From: Chloroflexota bacterium
GTDB lineage: Bacteria; Chloroflexota; Dehalococcoidia; GIF9; AB-539-J10
Length of the DNA: 64,000 nucleotides
Assembly: GCA_034722275.1 (NCBI GenBank)
Contig: JAYENW010000020.1
Coordinates: 2,379 to 66,378 of the forward strand
Reading direction: 5' to 3'
The position numbers were made by a program, and so were the translations under genes. Positions 1 to 9,738 of this stretch are shown in pieces. Numbering within the stretch: position 1 is the first letter of the stretch; each line of letters opens with the position of its first letter. The notes under the pieces are model-generated. The model was given only the letters and a program-made list of their open reading frames with translations, was not told the origin of the DNA and ran no database searches.

Positions 1-821
1 TCTAGGGTTGTTGTCAGTATCATTGAATTGTACCCGAATTTTTCAGCAGTTTTTCTAGCGGCTTCGCAGGATATAAGAATGCTGCCAATTATCCTTGTTG
101 TAACATTTTCCAGCGATTTTGGTGTCTCTTTTTTCAAAGCATTCAAAACTCTAGGGGGAAGCTGTATGTCATACTTTTTAATTACACTCAGAGCATCTTG
201 GGAAGTTGTACTATCAGGATAAGTGGGGCCTGAAGCAATGGTGTCTAGTCTATCGCCAAGAACATCAGATAAGATGAGGGAAAAGATCTTAGCGGGTTTG
301 ACAATTTCAGCAAAACGTCCTCCCTTAACTTGGGAAAGGTGTTTTCGCACTGTATTTATCTCTGAAATTGCTGCTCCGGACTTTAAAAACTGGTCAGTTA
401 TATTTATTAAATCCTCAAGTTCAACATTCTCGGCAGGGAGTTCAAAAAGGGAAGAACCACCGCCAGAGACTAGAAAGAGTAAGAGGTCCCTTTCTTTGAG
501 GTCTTTTACGATATCTAGCGCTCTCTTTGTTGCCATAATACTGTTTTTATCTGGCGTTGGGTGACCGGCTTCAAATATTTCAAACCCTTCGATGTCTCCC
601 ATTGAATAACCATACTTCGTTATGACGATACCCTCGGAAATGTGATCTTTTAGACTTTGCCTTGCAGCCTCTGCCATTCTCCAGGCGGCTTTTCCTATGG
701 CTATGACTTTTATTCTTCCTTCGCTTTCGAAATTTTTTAGTGCTTTTTTAACTGCTTTTTCAGGATAAACTGCCTCGATGGCTTCATCAATAATTTTTAG
801 GGCATCTTCCTTTATATTCAT
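1..821 (-). CDS. glycerate kinase (MOFRL family, glycerate 2-kinase-like). 5' of gene at 819-821, C-terminus runs off the window edge.
   Basis: The reverse-strand frame is open from the ATG at 819-821 (reverse complement of 'cat') to position 1, preceded in frame by a stop (reverse complement of 828-830). The translation begins MNIKEDALKIIDEAIEAVYPEKAVKK...GKAAWRMAEAA...LVSGGGSSLFELP...QVKGGRFAE, which resembles the N-terminal MOFRL domain of glycerate kinases. Only short, likely spurious ORFs occur on the + strand here. Confidence 0.55.
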   Translation of the reverse strand, partial: MNIKEDALKIIDEAIEAVYPEKAVKKALKNFESEGRIKVIAIGKAAWRMAEAARQSLKDHISEGIVITKYGYSMGDIEGFEIFEAGHPTPDKNSIMATKRALDIVKDLKERDLLLFLVSGGGSSLFELPAENVELEDLINITDQFLKSGAAISEINTVRKHLSQVKGGRFAEIVKPAKIFSLILSDVLGDRLDTIASGPTYPDSTTSQDALSVIKKYDIQLPPRVLNALKKETPKSLENVTTRIIGSILISCEAARKTAEKFGYNSMILTTTL

Positions 822-1008
822 AATAATCTATCTCAAGGTTTATAAAAGTATAGCCTAATTTTGCCCTTATTGATTCAAGGATGTAGTAGATAGATCAAGC
901 TCATTTTGGAGAAATAGAAGCTTTCCTTTCCAAGGAAGGGCTTGAATAAGCCGAGTTCTATCAATTAGGGATGACAAGTTTCGCTGTTTTGGCATGCTTA
1001 TGGGCTGA

Positions 1009-2025
1009 CTAGATATATCTGCCCACCGACCTGGCAATTGGCCTGAGTTCTTTCATCAACCTGGCGAAGTCCGACGGAGTGAGGGACTGAAGTCCATCCA
1101 CTAAGGCTTCCTTGGGGTTAGGGTGAACTTCGATAAGTAGCCCATCAGCACCAGCGGCCACAGCTGCCTTAGCTATAGCGGGAACAAGGGAATAGTGGCC
1201 GGCAGCATGACTGGGATCGACGATTAAAGGCAGGTGGCTAGATTTTTTCACCACGGGTATAGAACTGATATCAAGGGAAAAGCGGATGCTGTTCTCAAAG
1301 GTCCTGATACCTCTCTCGCACAGAATGACTTGGCTGTTACCCTCCGCCAGCAGATAGTCAGCTGCTGTGAGCCATTCAGCAACGGTGGATGATAGCCCTC
1401 GCTTCAGGATGACAGGGCACCTGCTTTTGCCTATCTGAGTCAACAGGGCAAAGTTTTGCATATTTCGGGCCCCGACTTGAAGGATATCAACATACTTGGA
1501 TATCTGTCTGACATCGTGGGTGTCTACCACTTCGGTGACCACAGGCATGCTGAACTGCTCCCTGGCTCGCGCTAACAACTCCAGCCCAGCCTTCTCCAGG
1601 CCGTGAAAGCTAAAGGGGGAAGTACGTGGTTTGAAGGCGCCGCCGCGCACAATACAGGCCCCAGATTTCTTTACAGCCTTGGCCGCTTCCATAAGCTGCT
1701 CTTCACTTTCTACGGCACAGGGCCCTGCCATAACCACAACGCGCTTACCCCCAATCTCGATTCCGTTAATGGAAACGAGGCTATCCTCTGCCTTGAATTC
1801 CCGAGAGGCAAGTTTGTATGGTTTCATGATCCGGGACGCGCTCTCCACCCCAGGGAGCACAGCGAAGGTGTCTATAGATAGTTTTCCTGTGTTACTTCCC
1901 AGTATGGCCACTACTGTTTTGTCGGTGCCCAAATTTAGCTGGACGCTCAGTCCCAGTGATTTGGCCCGCTGTACCACCTCATCTATCTCCTCTGAAGTGG
2001 CACCCTTTCTCATCTCTACTATCAT
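1009..2025 (-). CDS. aroF: 3-deoxy-7-phosphoheptulonate (DAHP) synthase, type I-beta, with N-terminal regulatory domain
   Basis: The 338-aa ORF has a KDSA/AroG-type TIM-barrel core with recognisable motifs (GPCAVES, KPRTSPFSFHGL, ILQVGARNMQNF, DPSHAAG). The N-terminal ~70 aa form a ferredoxin-like/ACT regulatory extension, as in Thermotoga-type DAHP synthases. Confidence 0.85.
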   Translation of the reverse strand: MIVEMRKGATSEEIDEVVQRAKSLGLSVQLNLGTDKTVVAILGSNTGKLSIDTFAVLPGVESASRIMKPYKLASREFKAEDSLVSINGIEIGGKRVVVMAGPCAVESEEQLMEAAKAVKKSGACIVRGGAFKPRTSPFSFHGLEKAGLELLARAREQFSMPVVTEVVDTHDVRQISKYVDILQVGARNMQNFALLTQIGKSRCPVILKRGLSSTVAEWLTAADYLLAEGNSQVILCERGIRTFENSIRFSLDISSIPVVKKSSHLPLIVDPSHAAGHYSLVPAIAKAAVAAGADGLLIEVHPNPKEALVDGLQSLTPSDFARLMKELRPIARSVGRYI

Positions 2026-2157
2026 AGTGCCTCCAATGATACGTACTATCTGCCTTTTTGTCCAGTTTTCTCAAGTAAGTGAATGTGAAAGCAACAGGTC
2101 GACGAAATGGGCGAGAGTCATAGACGAACGCCAGATAATTATCATATTACCAATAAT

Positions 2158-3345
2158 CTAATCTCTTCTTATCTTGATTCTTAGTATGAGGGCTGTTATT
2201 GTTATCAGCAAGGCGAAGATGGATAAAAAGATAAAACTTATTTCGTATGAGCCTGTTTTATCTCTGACTAGGCCAGCTATGTATGGGCCGAAAAACATTC
2301 CTATGCTGCTGACCATGGAGAGGATGCCAAAGCCTAATCCCAAATTCTCAGGTTCCAAAATCTTTGATGTAAAAGAGTAGACTGGAGCTGGGATAAATGC
2401 CCCTGCCACCGCTATAATAATCATTGGGAGGAGGAAATCGGTTGACCTGGTAACAAGATAGATTGCGGCCGCTATAATTACTCCACCCACTCCGATGAAA
2501 AGATCCTCATTGTCGACCTTATCCACTAAACGACCAATTATTGGGCTTATGCCTAATGCCCCCCACATAGGTAAGCTGGCAAGGGAGCCAGCAGCGCCGA
2601 TACTGTATCCCTTTGATACGAAAAAGTCTGGTGCAAAGGTCGAAAATGAAATGACGACCGCATTAAACCACATCCAACAAAACCCCACTAACCACATCAA
2701 TATCCCAACTTTTAGCAAGCTTGAGAACAATCCTGTTGACTTTTTCCGATTATTAAAGTTTATTTTTTGCGCTGGGTTTGGAGTGGGTTTATAGAGGAAC
2801 AGAAAGGCTGCTAGCACTGCTACACTTATTATCCCAGTAATAAAAATTGGCATTCGCCAGCCCAAACTTTCACCCAGCCTGCCAAAAGTTGTAAAGCATA
2901 TGATTGTACCCACAGGCACTGCAGTATTATAAATTCCCATTGCCGTTCCTACTTTATATTCTCTAAACCACTGCGAAAGCACTTGCGCCGCCACTATAGA
3001 AATAGTTACAGCTCCAATACCGGCAATGACTCTCCCTAAAGCAGCGTAAAGAAAGGTATCACTAATGGCAAAGATTAACGTTCCTATAATTACGAGGACT
3101 AGAGAAATCACACCAGTCTTGAAGGGTCCCCAACGGTCAGAAAGCAGGCCAGCTAAAATCGCTAAAAATATGGCTGGCAGTGCAAAAAGACTCATTAGTA
3201 AACCAGCCTCAGCATGGCTTAATTTCAATTCCTCGATAATCAAGGTGAGGATGGGTGGTAGAGACTGTAATGGTAAAGCAAACCCCAGCAGACAACAGAG
3301 GTAAGACAGGATTAAGATAACCCAGCGATATCTACTTGCCGGCAT
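2158..3345 (-). CDS. MFS transporter
   Basis: The 395-aa product is hydrophobic with about 12 predicted transmembrane segments. A GRLSDRWGP-like motif in loop 2-3 is typical of the major facilitator superfamily. Confidence 0.7.
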   Translation of the reverse strand: MPASRYRWVILILSYLCCLLGFALPLQSLPPILTLIIEELKLSHAEAGLLMSLFALPAIFLAILAGLLSDRWGPFKTGVISLVLVIIGTLIFAISDTFLYAALGRVIAGIGAVTISIVAAQVLSQWFREYKVGTAMGIYNTAVPVGTIICFTTFGRLGESLGWRMPIFITGIISVAVLAAFLFLYKPTPNPAQKINFNNRKKSTGLFSSLLKVGILMWLVGFCWMWFNAVVISFSTFAPDFFVSKGYSIGAAGSLASLPMWGALGISPIIGRLVDKVDNEDLFIGVGGVIIAAAIYLVTRSTDFLLPMIIIAVAGAFIPAPVYSFTSKILEPENLGLGFGILSMVSSIGMFFGPYIAGLVRDKTGSYEISFIFLSIFALLITITALILRIKIRRD

Positions 3346-3549
3346 ATTTCATCATCAATATTCCTTACTTTTTGTAAGTGTTTAGTTTAGAACAATTCCC
3401 CCTTGTTCAAATCCAGCCCCCTTACCAAGAAATGCAAGAAGGTAGGATAACTTTAAGGTCATCTTGCCTTTTCTATTTGTGCGGGTAGTGCTATTGGCCT
3501 TCGGGGTAATTCTGTGGTGGTTGGCTTTAGGTTGACTCATAAAGTAGCT

Positions 3550-5007
3550 TTACCTGCTTTTGTCAATCATGATGGATACAATCATTGCATCGGTATTAAC
3601 CATTGCTTGGGAGATTTTCCCAATATTTTGTATTGTATCCTCTACTTTTTCAGCGACAATTCCATTATCCGGCGCAACCTGGATTCTCTTTGTAGCGAGC
3701 AAAGCGCTTTGTATTGCTACAGAAGCAGAGGTTGTCAATTTTAAAGAGCAACCATCTTTAGCTCCATCACAGATAAGCCCTGGTATGTTTCCGGCCAGGT
3801 TCTGGATTGCCATTTCAACTTTATCTGGTGACCGGGTTAAGAAATAGGTGATGCCAGCGGTGGCGCCAAGCCCTGCTTTCACAGTACAGCCGCAGAAAGC
3901 TGATAGGTAATTTGTGTGGTAGGTCACATAACAAGTGACGAGAGCGGACAGTGCAAGTGCCTTCACGAGCTTGTTGAGTTTCTTTTTGTCCCCCTTAGAT
4001 ATTTGCCCACTGCGCCTCTGTTCTAATAATCGCTTTACATCGTAGCCATTCTTTTGAGCAACAGCTATGATTGGCAGACTGCAGGCGATTCCATGATTTC
4101 CTGAGCCAGCGCAACTCATCACTGGATAGTTAGCACCACCCATTCTGGCGTCCGCTGCAGAGGCAACCATAATCTGTGCCGAACTGATGAGATCGTTGCC
4201 TAAGTATCCTTCTTTCACCAGGTTATTTAACTTAGCACCAATTCCTAGACCCTTTGTCCCCTTTAATCCTTCCTCTGAGATGGCAATATTCATCTCCATC
4301 ATTTCTATCATCTTTTCCATAACATCCCTGGGAAGTGTTTCAACTGCCGTAACAATCTCGGAGATCTTCATTCTCTTCAATCTATCTTTTACACTATCAT
4401 TATTCTTATATGGTTCTGGCTTTTTCACAGAAGGAAATTCTCTTACTCGACCTAAGGAATCATAAACGGTAATTGATGTTACATTGCTATGTCCCTTTTC
4501 AATACTTGCCACACATCCAATCGTTCTTGTTGGAAGCCCCTTGTGTTTTACCTCAATCGAGGCCTTTATTTCAATATCTTCACCTTTCTCCCATCCTTCA
4601 ATCAGCCTGATCTTTACTTTTTCTGCCAATGCTTTGGCTTTGCTTAAATCTTGTGGTTGAAGAGTTTCAAACAATGTCATCTCTTTCCCTTCTGCTTCAG
4701 GGAAACAAAATACTCCCATTGCAGCAGCGATAATCATTCCCTTTTGCCCCCCAGATCTGGGAATTCCCACCGCCAGCGCATTTTTAAATGTTCCTCGGTC
4801 GACCGCTACTTCTATTGTGTTAATCTCTATATCTTCCTGTTGGACATCAGTAACATATCCAATTGGTATCTTGCCCTTCAGCCACACAGGAACTCTTCCT
4901 AAGATAGCATTATAGGCTAAAGATGTTGCGTACCCCACAGCAACAGGTTCGGTAACTCCTAACGCTGGTTTAATTTCAATCTCAATAAGTTTTGAAATAT
5001 CAAACAT
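3550..5007 (-). CDS. serine dehydratase-like / L-cysteine desulfidase family protein (UPF0597)
   Basis: The 485-aa product is soluble. It has a conserved Cys-rich segment (MSCAGSGNHGIA) and glycine-rich segments typical of the Fe-S L-Ser dehydratase-like / CdsB family. The exact subfamily cannot be assigned from sequence alone. Confidence 0.5.
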   Translation of the reverse strand: MFDISKLIEIEIKPALGVTEPVAVGYATSLAYNAILGRVPVWLKGKIPIGYVTDVQQEDIEINTIEVAVDRGTFKNALAVGIPRSGGQKGMIIAAAMGVFCFPEAEGKEMTLFETLQPQDLSKAKALAEKVKIRLIEGWEKGEDIEIKASIEVKHKGLPTRTIGCVASIEKGHSNVTSITVYDSLGRVREFPSVKKPEPYKNNDSVKDRLKRMKISEIVTAVETLPRDVMEKMIEMMEMNIAISEEGLKGTKGLGIGAKLNNLVKEGYLGNDLISSAQIMVASAADARMGGANYPVMSCAGSGNHGIACSLPIIAVAQKNGYDVKRLLEQRRSGQISKGDKKKLNKLVKALALSALVTCYVTYHTNYLSAFCGCTVKAGLGATAGITYFLTRSPDKVEMAIQNLAGNIPGLICDGAKDGCSLKLTTSASVAIQSALLATKRIQVAPDNGIVAEKVEDTIQNIGKISQAMVNTDAMIVSIMIDKSR

Positions 5008-5473
5008 TCCTCCTACCTCTAAAGGAATTATAACCAGTGTCGCGGGCGTTGGGAAGTGCTCATCTGGGAAATATTGACATTGTTATGAAATACAAAGTTG
5101 CCGAGTCTAGTCTTGAACTTATCTTGGCTGCTGTGCAGGGACTGAAGTCAAACCAGTGTACTTCGGGAAGCTCCGTCTTCCGAAGCTCGTTGGTTCAAAT
5201 CCATTCCTCATTACTGAAACCTCTCTTAAAAAGCTCTCTCACCATGCCATTGATTTTTTGCCAATACTCTATGTTTAGCAATGATATAATCTTCTCTGCT
5301 TAATAACTCGCCGGTTGCGGTTATCATACTCAATGCAGTATGTTTATGTTAGGTACACCGAGGGTCAGTTGAGTTAGCTGCAAAGCAAGCTCCGCAAATT
5401 AACTGCTGAGGTTACTTGGTACTTCGCACCTATTATAAAGATGTGACATGAGCGAGGAAGGAGATTTATATTT

Positions 5474-6697
5474 GTGTGGTTAACCATAGAACGTCTGCGC
5501 AGGAAGGTTTTCAGTCGTTTCGATAGAGGTATATGGATTGTAACTGCGATTCAACTTCTCACTGCTGCTAGTTTCTCTATCTGCCTTCCTTTTCTCGCGC
5601 TGTATTTATATCAAGACCGTGGTCTTTCTATGACCATGGTTGGGGTTGTTATTCTGATTGCTGGTCTTTGCTCTGCTACCACCCAGATTATCAGTGGGTG
5701 GCTTTCTGACCGCTTTGGTCGCCGGCCGCTTCTGCTTGGAGCCACGGGGATAAGTATATTCCTATATTCTGGTCTGGCGGCCTTAATTGGGTTTTCCGCC
5801 CCAATATGGGCTATCGCAGTTGTCTACACTGTTGGACAGTCAGTGAGAATGACGACCCGCCCAATTACCTCGGCAATGGTGACGGACCTTTCCCCGAAGG
5901 AGCGCCTGACGGAGAATTATGGGTTTCTGCGAGTGGGACAGAACTTGGGCTGGGCCGCTGGCCCGGCGGTTGGGGGATACTTGGCGACTTTCCTCCCCTA
6001 TGCCTGGCTTTTCGGATTGGCAGCTCTATTGAATGCCGTTACCTTTTGTCTTATTCTGCTCTCCCTTAAAGAGTCCTTTCATGGTGCTACTGAGCAGGTA
6101 GGCTTTCGCAGCATGTTTTACGTCGCCACCAATCGAATCTTTGTGATATTCACCGGGTTAAGCCTCATAGTCTTTGTAGTTATGGGGCAGCTTGGCAGTA
6201 CTCTCTCGGTTTTCAGTGTAGACCGTCTGGGGTTTTCAACAGCGCAGTATGGCCTCCTGCTTACTATGAACGGCTTGATTGTGGTCTTCTTCCAGTACCC
6301 GGTGGCCCGTGGCCTCAACCGCTTGGCGAAACCCACAGCCATTATCTTGGGGAGTCTTCTCTACGGGCTTGGGTACCTATCCTTGGGCTGGGTTGGAAGT
6401 TTCGCCTGGGCCCTTGCGGCGGTGGCGATTATCACGGCTGGTGAAATTATCTTTTCCCCCACAGCACTTTCGGTGGTAGGTGAGCTTTCTCCTCAAGATC
6501 AGCGAGGTCGGTATATGGGGGTCTTCGGATTGAGTGATATCCTGGGCATGTCGATTGGGCCATTAATAGGTGGTATCTTACTCGATGTTTTCCCGACTGG
6601 TCCCCAGTTCATCTGGGGAACAATTGCCTTTCTGGCATTCATGGCTGCGGCAGGGTTCCACCGCTGGGGCATAGCTCACCAGGCGAGCCACACATGA
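5474..6697 (+). CDS. MFS transporter
   Basis: The 407-aa product has 12 predicted transmembrane helices and a GWLSDRFGRRP MFS signature between TM2 and TM3. Confidence 0.75.
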   Translation: MWLTIERLRRKVFSRFDRGIWIVTAIQLLTAASFSICLPFLALYLYQDRGLSMTMVGVVILIAGLCSATTQIISGWLSDRFGRRPLLLGATGISIFLYSGLAALIGFSAPIWAIAVVYTVGQSVRMTTRPITSAMVTDLSPKERLTENYGFLRVGQNLGWAAGPAVGGYLATFLPYAWLFGLAALLNAVTFCLILLSLKESFHGATEQVGFRSMFYVATNRIFVIFTGLSLIVFVVMGQLGSTLSVFSVDRLGFSTAQYGLLLTMNGLIVVFFQYPVARGLNRLAKPTAIILGSLLYGLGYLSLGWVGSFAWALAAVAIITAGEIIFSPTALSVVGELSPQDQRGRYMGVFGLSDILGMSIGPLIGGILLDVFPTGPQFIWGTIAFLAFMAAAGFHRWGIAHQASHT

Positions 6698-7419
6698 GCA
6701 ATTCAGCTACACAACAGTCCGTTTTATTTATCTTTTATCTACGGATGCCCGTGCATAATGTAATTACAATGTCACTGGTTCAAAAATCATCTGTCCCACA
6801 TTTCCCCTGCTACTCTATGGCATCTGGCTAATATACCCTGAGTGAGAATACAAGTGAAACGAAAAAGTTGCTGACTATGACCGAAGGGTCACGTCATGCA
6901 GTCTGAGTAAATTCTGAAAAATAGTCCCATTATTACTTCTACCTGGTCTCAAATAAAAGGCATCATCTTTTTTGTCTTCCCATCACTCAAACAGGAAGGC
7001 ATGGTCCTGTAATTGCTTAGGAAAGGCAGTAAAAAATGCGCAATATGAAATTCGATTTAGCCGATCTGAGATAATCACCCAGGGCAAATAAGGGTGCCTA
7101 TGGCTGGTATAAAAAGATTGCCCCAAGCAACCTCACTTCATTCTTAGTTTCCGCCCTCCTCCTTCCGGCTCTCACCTGCTTTGTATTAGGCTTTGGCTTC
7201 CCAACGCATTTCGATTTTTTCTTACTTGGTAACTGGTTCCTCGTCCCCCAAGTTTCTGCTTGATTATTTGGAACGTAGTTAATGTATCATATCCGCCAAA
7301 AATGTCCTAAGCCTCTATCCTTCTTGGGCCCATGGATGGTGCCATTTTTAAGAGATTTTTCGGATAGAAAATAGGGAAGGATGGTACAGATACAGGTCGG
7401 GCAAGATACCCGCAAGGTT

Positions 7420-7866
7420 TCACACCTCCGTGGAGTAATCTATAAGACGGCCGCGACGGAACCCCATGCTCTTGAAGAAGCCCTGTAGTTCACTGTCGTT
7501 TTGATCGACCATCACACGAATCGTCTTTATCCCGTCGGAGCGACACTTCTCCAATAACATCCGGGTTAGCTTGGTGGCAATACCTTGCCGCCAGTGGTCA
7601 GGGTCGACGCCTAGAATTTGAATCGTACACGCCTCTGTAACCTGTTCAGCAACATACATGAGCGAAGCTAGGACAAAACCAATAACCTGACCATTGATCT
7701 CCGCTACAAAGCTGCGGTCAATTTGTCCTCCTATAACCCCATGAATCAAATCTTTATAAGTGATAGCCCTCTGCCTACCACTTATCTTCCGATCGATGGC
7801 AAAAATAGCATCAATATCCTCCGGCTCCATAGACCGAACTTGCACCTTTTGTTGTGTGTTTGTCAT
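7420..7866 (-). CDS. GNAT family N-acetyltransferase
   Basis: The 148-aa product carries an acetyl-CoA binding motif (RRQGIATKL...) typical of the GNAT fold (motif A Q/RxxGxG/A). Confidence 0.75.
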   Translation of the reverse strand: MTNTQQKVQVRSMEPEDIDAIFAIDRKISGRQRAITYKDLIHGVIGGQIDRSFVAEINGQVIGFVLASLMYVAEQVTEACTIQILGVDPDHWRQGIATKLTRMLLEKCRSDGIKTIRVMVDQNDSELQGFFKSMGFRRGRLIDYSTEV

Positions 7867-7908
7867 TATATCACCTCCCTCCTATAAGCAACTTCTTAAG
7901 TTAATAAA

Positions 7909-8199
7909 CTATATACCTTCGTCTATCCACTTTGTCAATAGGCCTATTGCTTGAAACAAAAAATAATACCTTAAGGTCCTTGCGACCACAATTGCAGGGC
8001 CCCTTATTATCTTCTTGCTGGAGCCACTTCCCGTTCTAATGTTGCGATTAATTCCACACGGACACTCATGAAGGATGTAATTGAATATCTTGTCAGCAAT
8101 GACCATGTCTGGATTCTGCTCTCGCGCAGGAATGGATATTTTCTGTTTAATAACATCTGTAACGAATTCCTTTAGGGCACTATCTTTACCACCACTCAA
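7909..8199 (-). CDS. hypothetical small protein with PP-loop-like N-terminus (SGGKDSA), possibly a truncated ATP pyrophosphatase
   Basis: The 96-aa ORF begins MSGGKDSALKEF, a PP-loop signature, but is far too short for a complete PP-loop enzyme (about 200 aa). It also has a CPCG motif. It overlaps the upstream gene's 3' end by 14 nt, suggesting co-transcription. Confidence 0.3.
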   Translation of the reverse strand: MSGGKDSALKEFVTDVIKQKISIPAREQNPDMVIADKIFNYILHECPCGINRNIRTGSGSSKKIIRGPAIVVARTLRYYFLFQAIGLLTKWIDEGI

Positions 8200-9577
8200 T
8201 GACGGATGCCATTCTCTTTAGAGTAAGCCCTTCGTTTCTCTCCAGTTCTCTCGCCCAGTCACCTAACCCGCAGGCATGATGGATAATTAAGGGGGTGCTC
8301 ATCGGGGGAAGAATATCCTGATTCAGCCCGTAGGCAAATATAACGCTATTCATTTCTCGCTCAGTCTCTGCTGAGTCCCATGGAGTGGGGTGGATGAAGC
8401 CGTGGCTTGCCCCTTCGTCTGTAGAATAAAACCAGTTCTCGGGGAACTCTTCCTTTAGCTGTCTTATGAGCTTGATGGCAGAGAGGTTGGTATCTACAGA
8501 ATAACCCTTGTTCAAATTCCTTAAGATGGAATTAGAAAAAGATTCAAATCCTGCTGCTGAGAGAAAAATACGCACCTCCATCGTTTTAGCCAGGTTTAAG
8601 GAGGCTCTGATGTTTTCCTCTCCTATTACCAGCCAATCAGCGCGGCTGACCAGATTTAGCTGAGAGATGTTGATTCCCTGCTGTTTAATAGTCAGTAACA
8701 AGTTAGGTAATGTTGGCAGGGGTGCCTCATTTATCAGCTCAAAGGGGATTTTTCTTCCTTCAGCATCATTGGGCAAGTTGGTTATCTGCATCAGCACACT
8801 CTCCAATGGCAGGTTGCCACCAAAACCCTTATCCCGAGCTACATCGCAGAAGCTGCAGCCATGAAGGTTGAAGGATATCTTGCCCTTCTTGGAGAAGGAA
8901 GTATCTTTCAGGTTAGTTGGATAATCAAGGCTAACCTTTACCTCTTTAGCAGCGTAAGGACACCCTATCTGCTGCACTACCTGAGCGTTGGAAATAGATA
9001 CTGGCTTAAGGCCTGATGAATCCAGGTGATATAAATTTTCCCAATTAACCTTGGCTAAAAAATCCGCATTCCATCTATTTTGCTCATTCATCTGGCATTT
9101 GCCGTTCCCGATGAATAGTGCACCATAGATTTTCTCAGGCTCCTTCTTCTCTTGAGAATTAAGAAAGGGGATTAGTTGTTCGGCAGGTCCCTGGAGAGCA
9201 AAACTGAAGTTGTCCCTGACTCCGGGAAATCGGTGATGGTGTTTTTCCCAACCTATCTCGCCGGAATAATCGACATCGGCTTGAGGGCCACCCAGAATAG
9301 TTATAATCCCTTCTGCTTTCAACTCTTTAGCCAGTGCCCACAACTCAGGACGACCTCCAAGGTTGCTAAAGCCGATAATTGGTCTATCGCCACAAGCAAG
9401 CCGGACTATGTTTTTCTTGACGATATCCTTATCAAAATTGTGGCCGACTGCTACTACCACACACTCATAGTCACTATTATCCTGGATAATAGTAGCTGCC
9501 ACCTGTGGGCCCAGCAGGCCGTAGTTTTCCTCAGTATCGGCATAATTAACTAAAATAGGTATTAACTTTTTCATCAC
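8186..9577 (-). CDS. B12-binding-domain / radical-SAM-like protein with non-canonical cysteine motif
   Basis: The 463-aa product has an N-terminal Rossmann-like domain arranged like the B12-binding domains of the two class-B radical SAM proteins in this window. At the expected CxxxCxxC position it reads GCPYAAKEV, so two Cys are replaced. A GCSFCDV motif follows about 45 aa later. Confidence 0.45.
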   Translation of the reverse strand: MMKKLIPILVNYADTEENYGLLGPQVAATIIQDNSDYECVVVAVGHNFDKDIVKKNIVRLACGDRPIIGFSNLGGRPELWALAKELKAEGIITILGGPQADVDYSGEIGWEKHHHRFPGVRDNFSFALQGPAEQLIPFLNSQEKKEPEKIYGALFIGNGKCQMNEQNRWNADFLAKVNWENLYHLDSSGLKPVSISNAQVVQQIGCPYAAKEVKVSLDYPTNLKDTSFSKKGKISFNLHGCSFCDVARDKGFGGNLPLESVLMQITNLPNDAEGRKIPFELINEAPLPTLPNLLLTIKQQGINISQLNLVSRADWLVIGEENIRASLNLAKTMEVRIFLSAAGFESFSNSILRNLNKGYSVDTNLSAIKLIRQLKEEFPENWFYSTDEGASHGFIHPTPWDSAETEREMNSVIFAYGLNQDILPPMSTPLIIHHACGLGDWARELERNEGLTLKRMASVIEWW

Positions 9578-9738
9578 GCATAACCATCTTATAATAGCGG
9601 TGAAGTGCTGGCTATATCAAGGGCAAGTTTGAGATCATTCATTCTGCTATCATACCAATCCTGCTAATAAGGCTTTTGGGTGAATTTGTGTACTGGCATG
9701 GCTACAGCCAGACGACAGAAATCCCGGCAGTATCAAAT

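Noticed and set aside
1603-2161. + strand ORFs (92 and 176 aa) inside aroF, and the many 60-150 aa antisense or nested ORFs in the six-frame track (for example 3560-3847, 17705-17980, 43517-43972, 47556-47939, 62284-62922)
   Set aside because: They lie entirely within well-supported genes on the opposite strand or in another frame. They have low-complexity, Ser/Pro/Arg-rich composition and no ribosome-binding sites. They are treated as spurious.
5121-5213. Possible intact tRNA (class II, long variable arm) ending at the GGTTCAAATCC T-loop
   Set aside because: No 7-bp acceptor stem can be formed with any upstream 5' segment. The T-stem is only 3 bp plus a wobble. The candidate anticodon loop is 9-11 nt. 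It is treated as a tRNA-like remnant or possible small RNA (see findings), not a gene.
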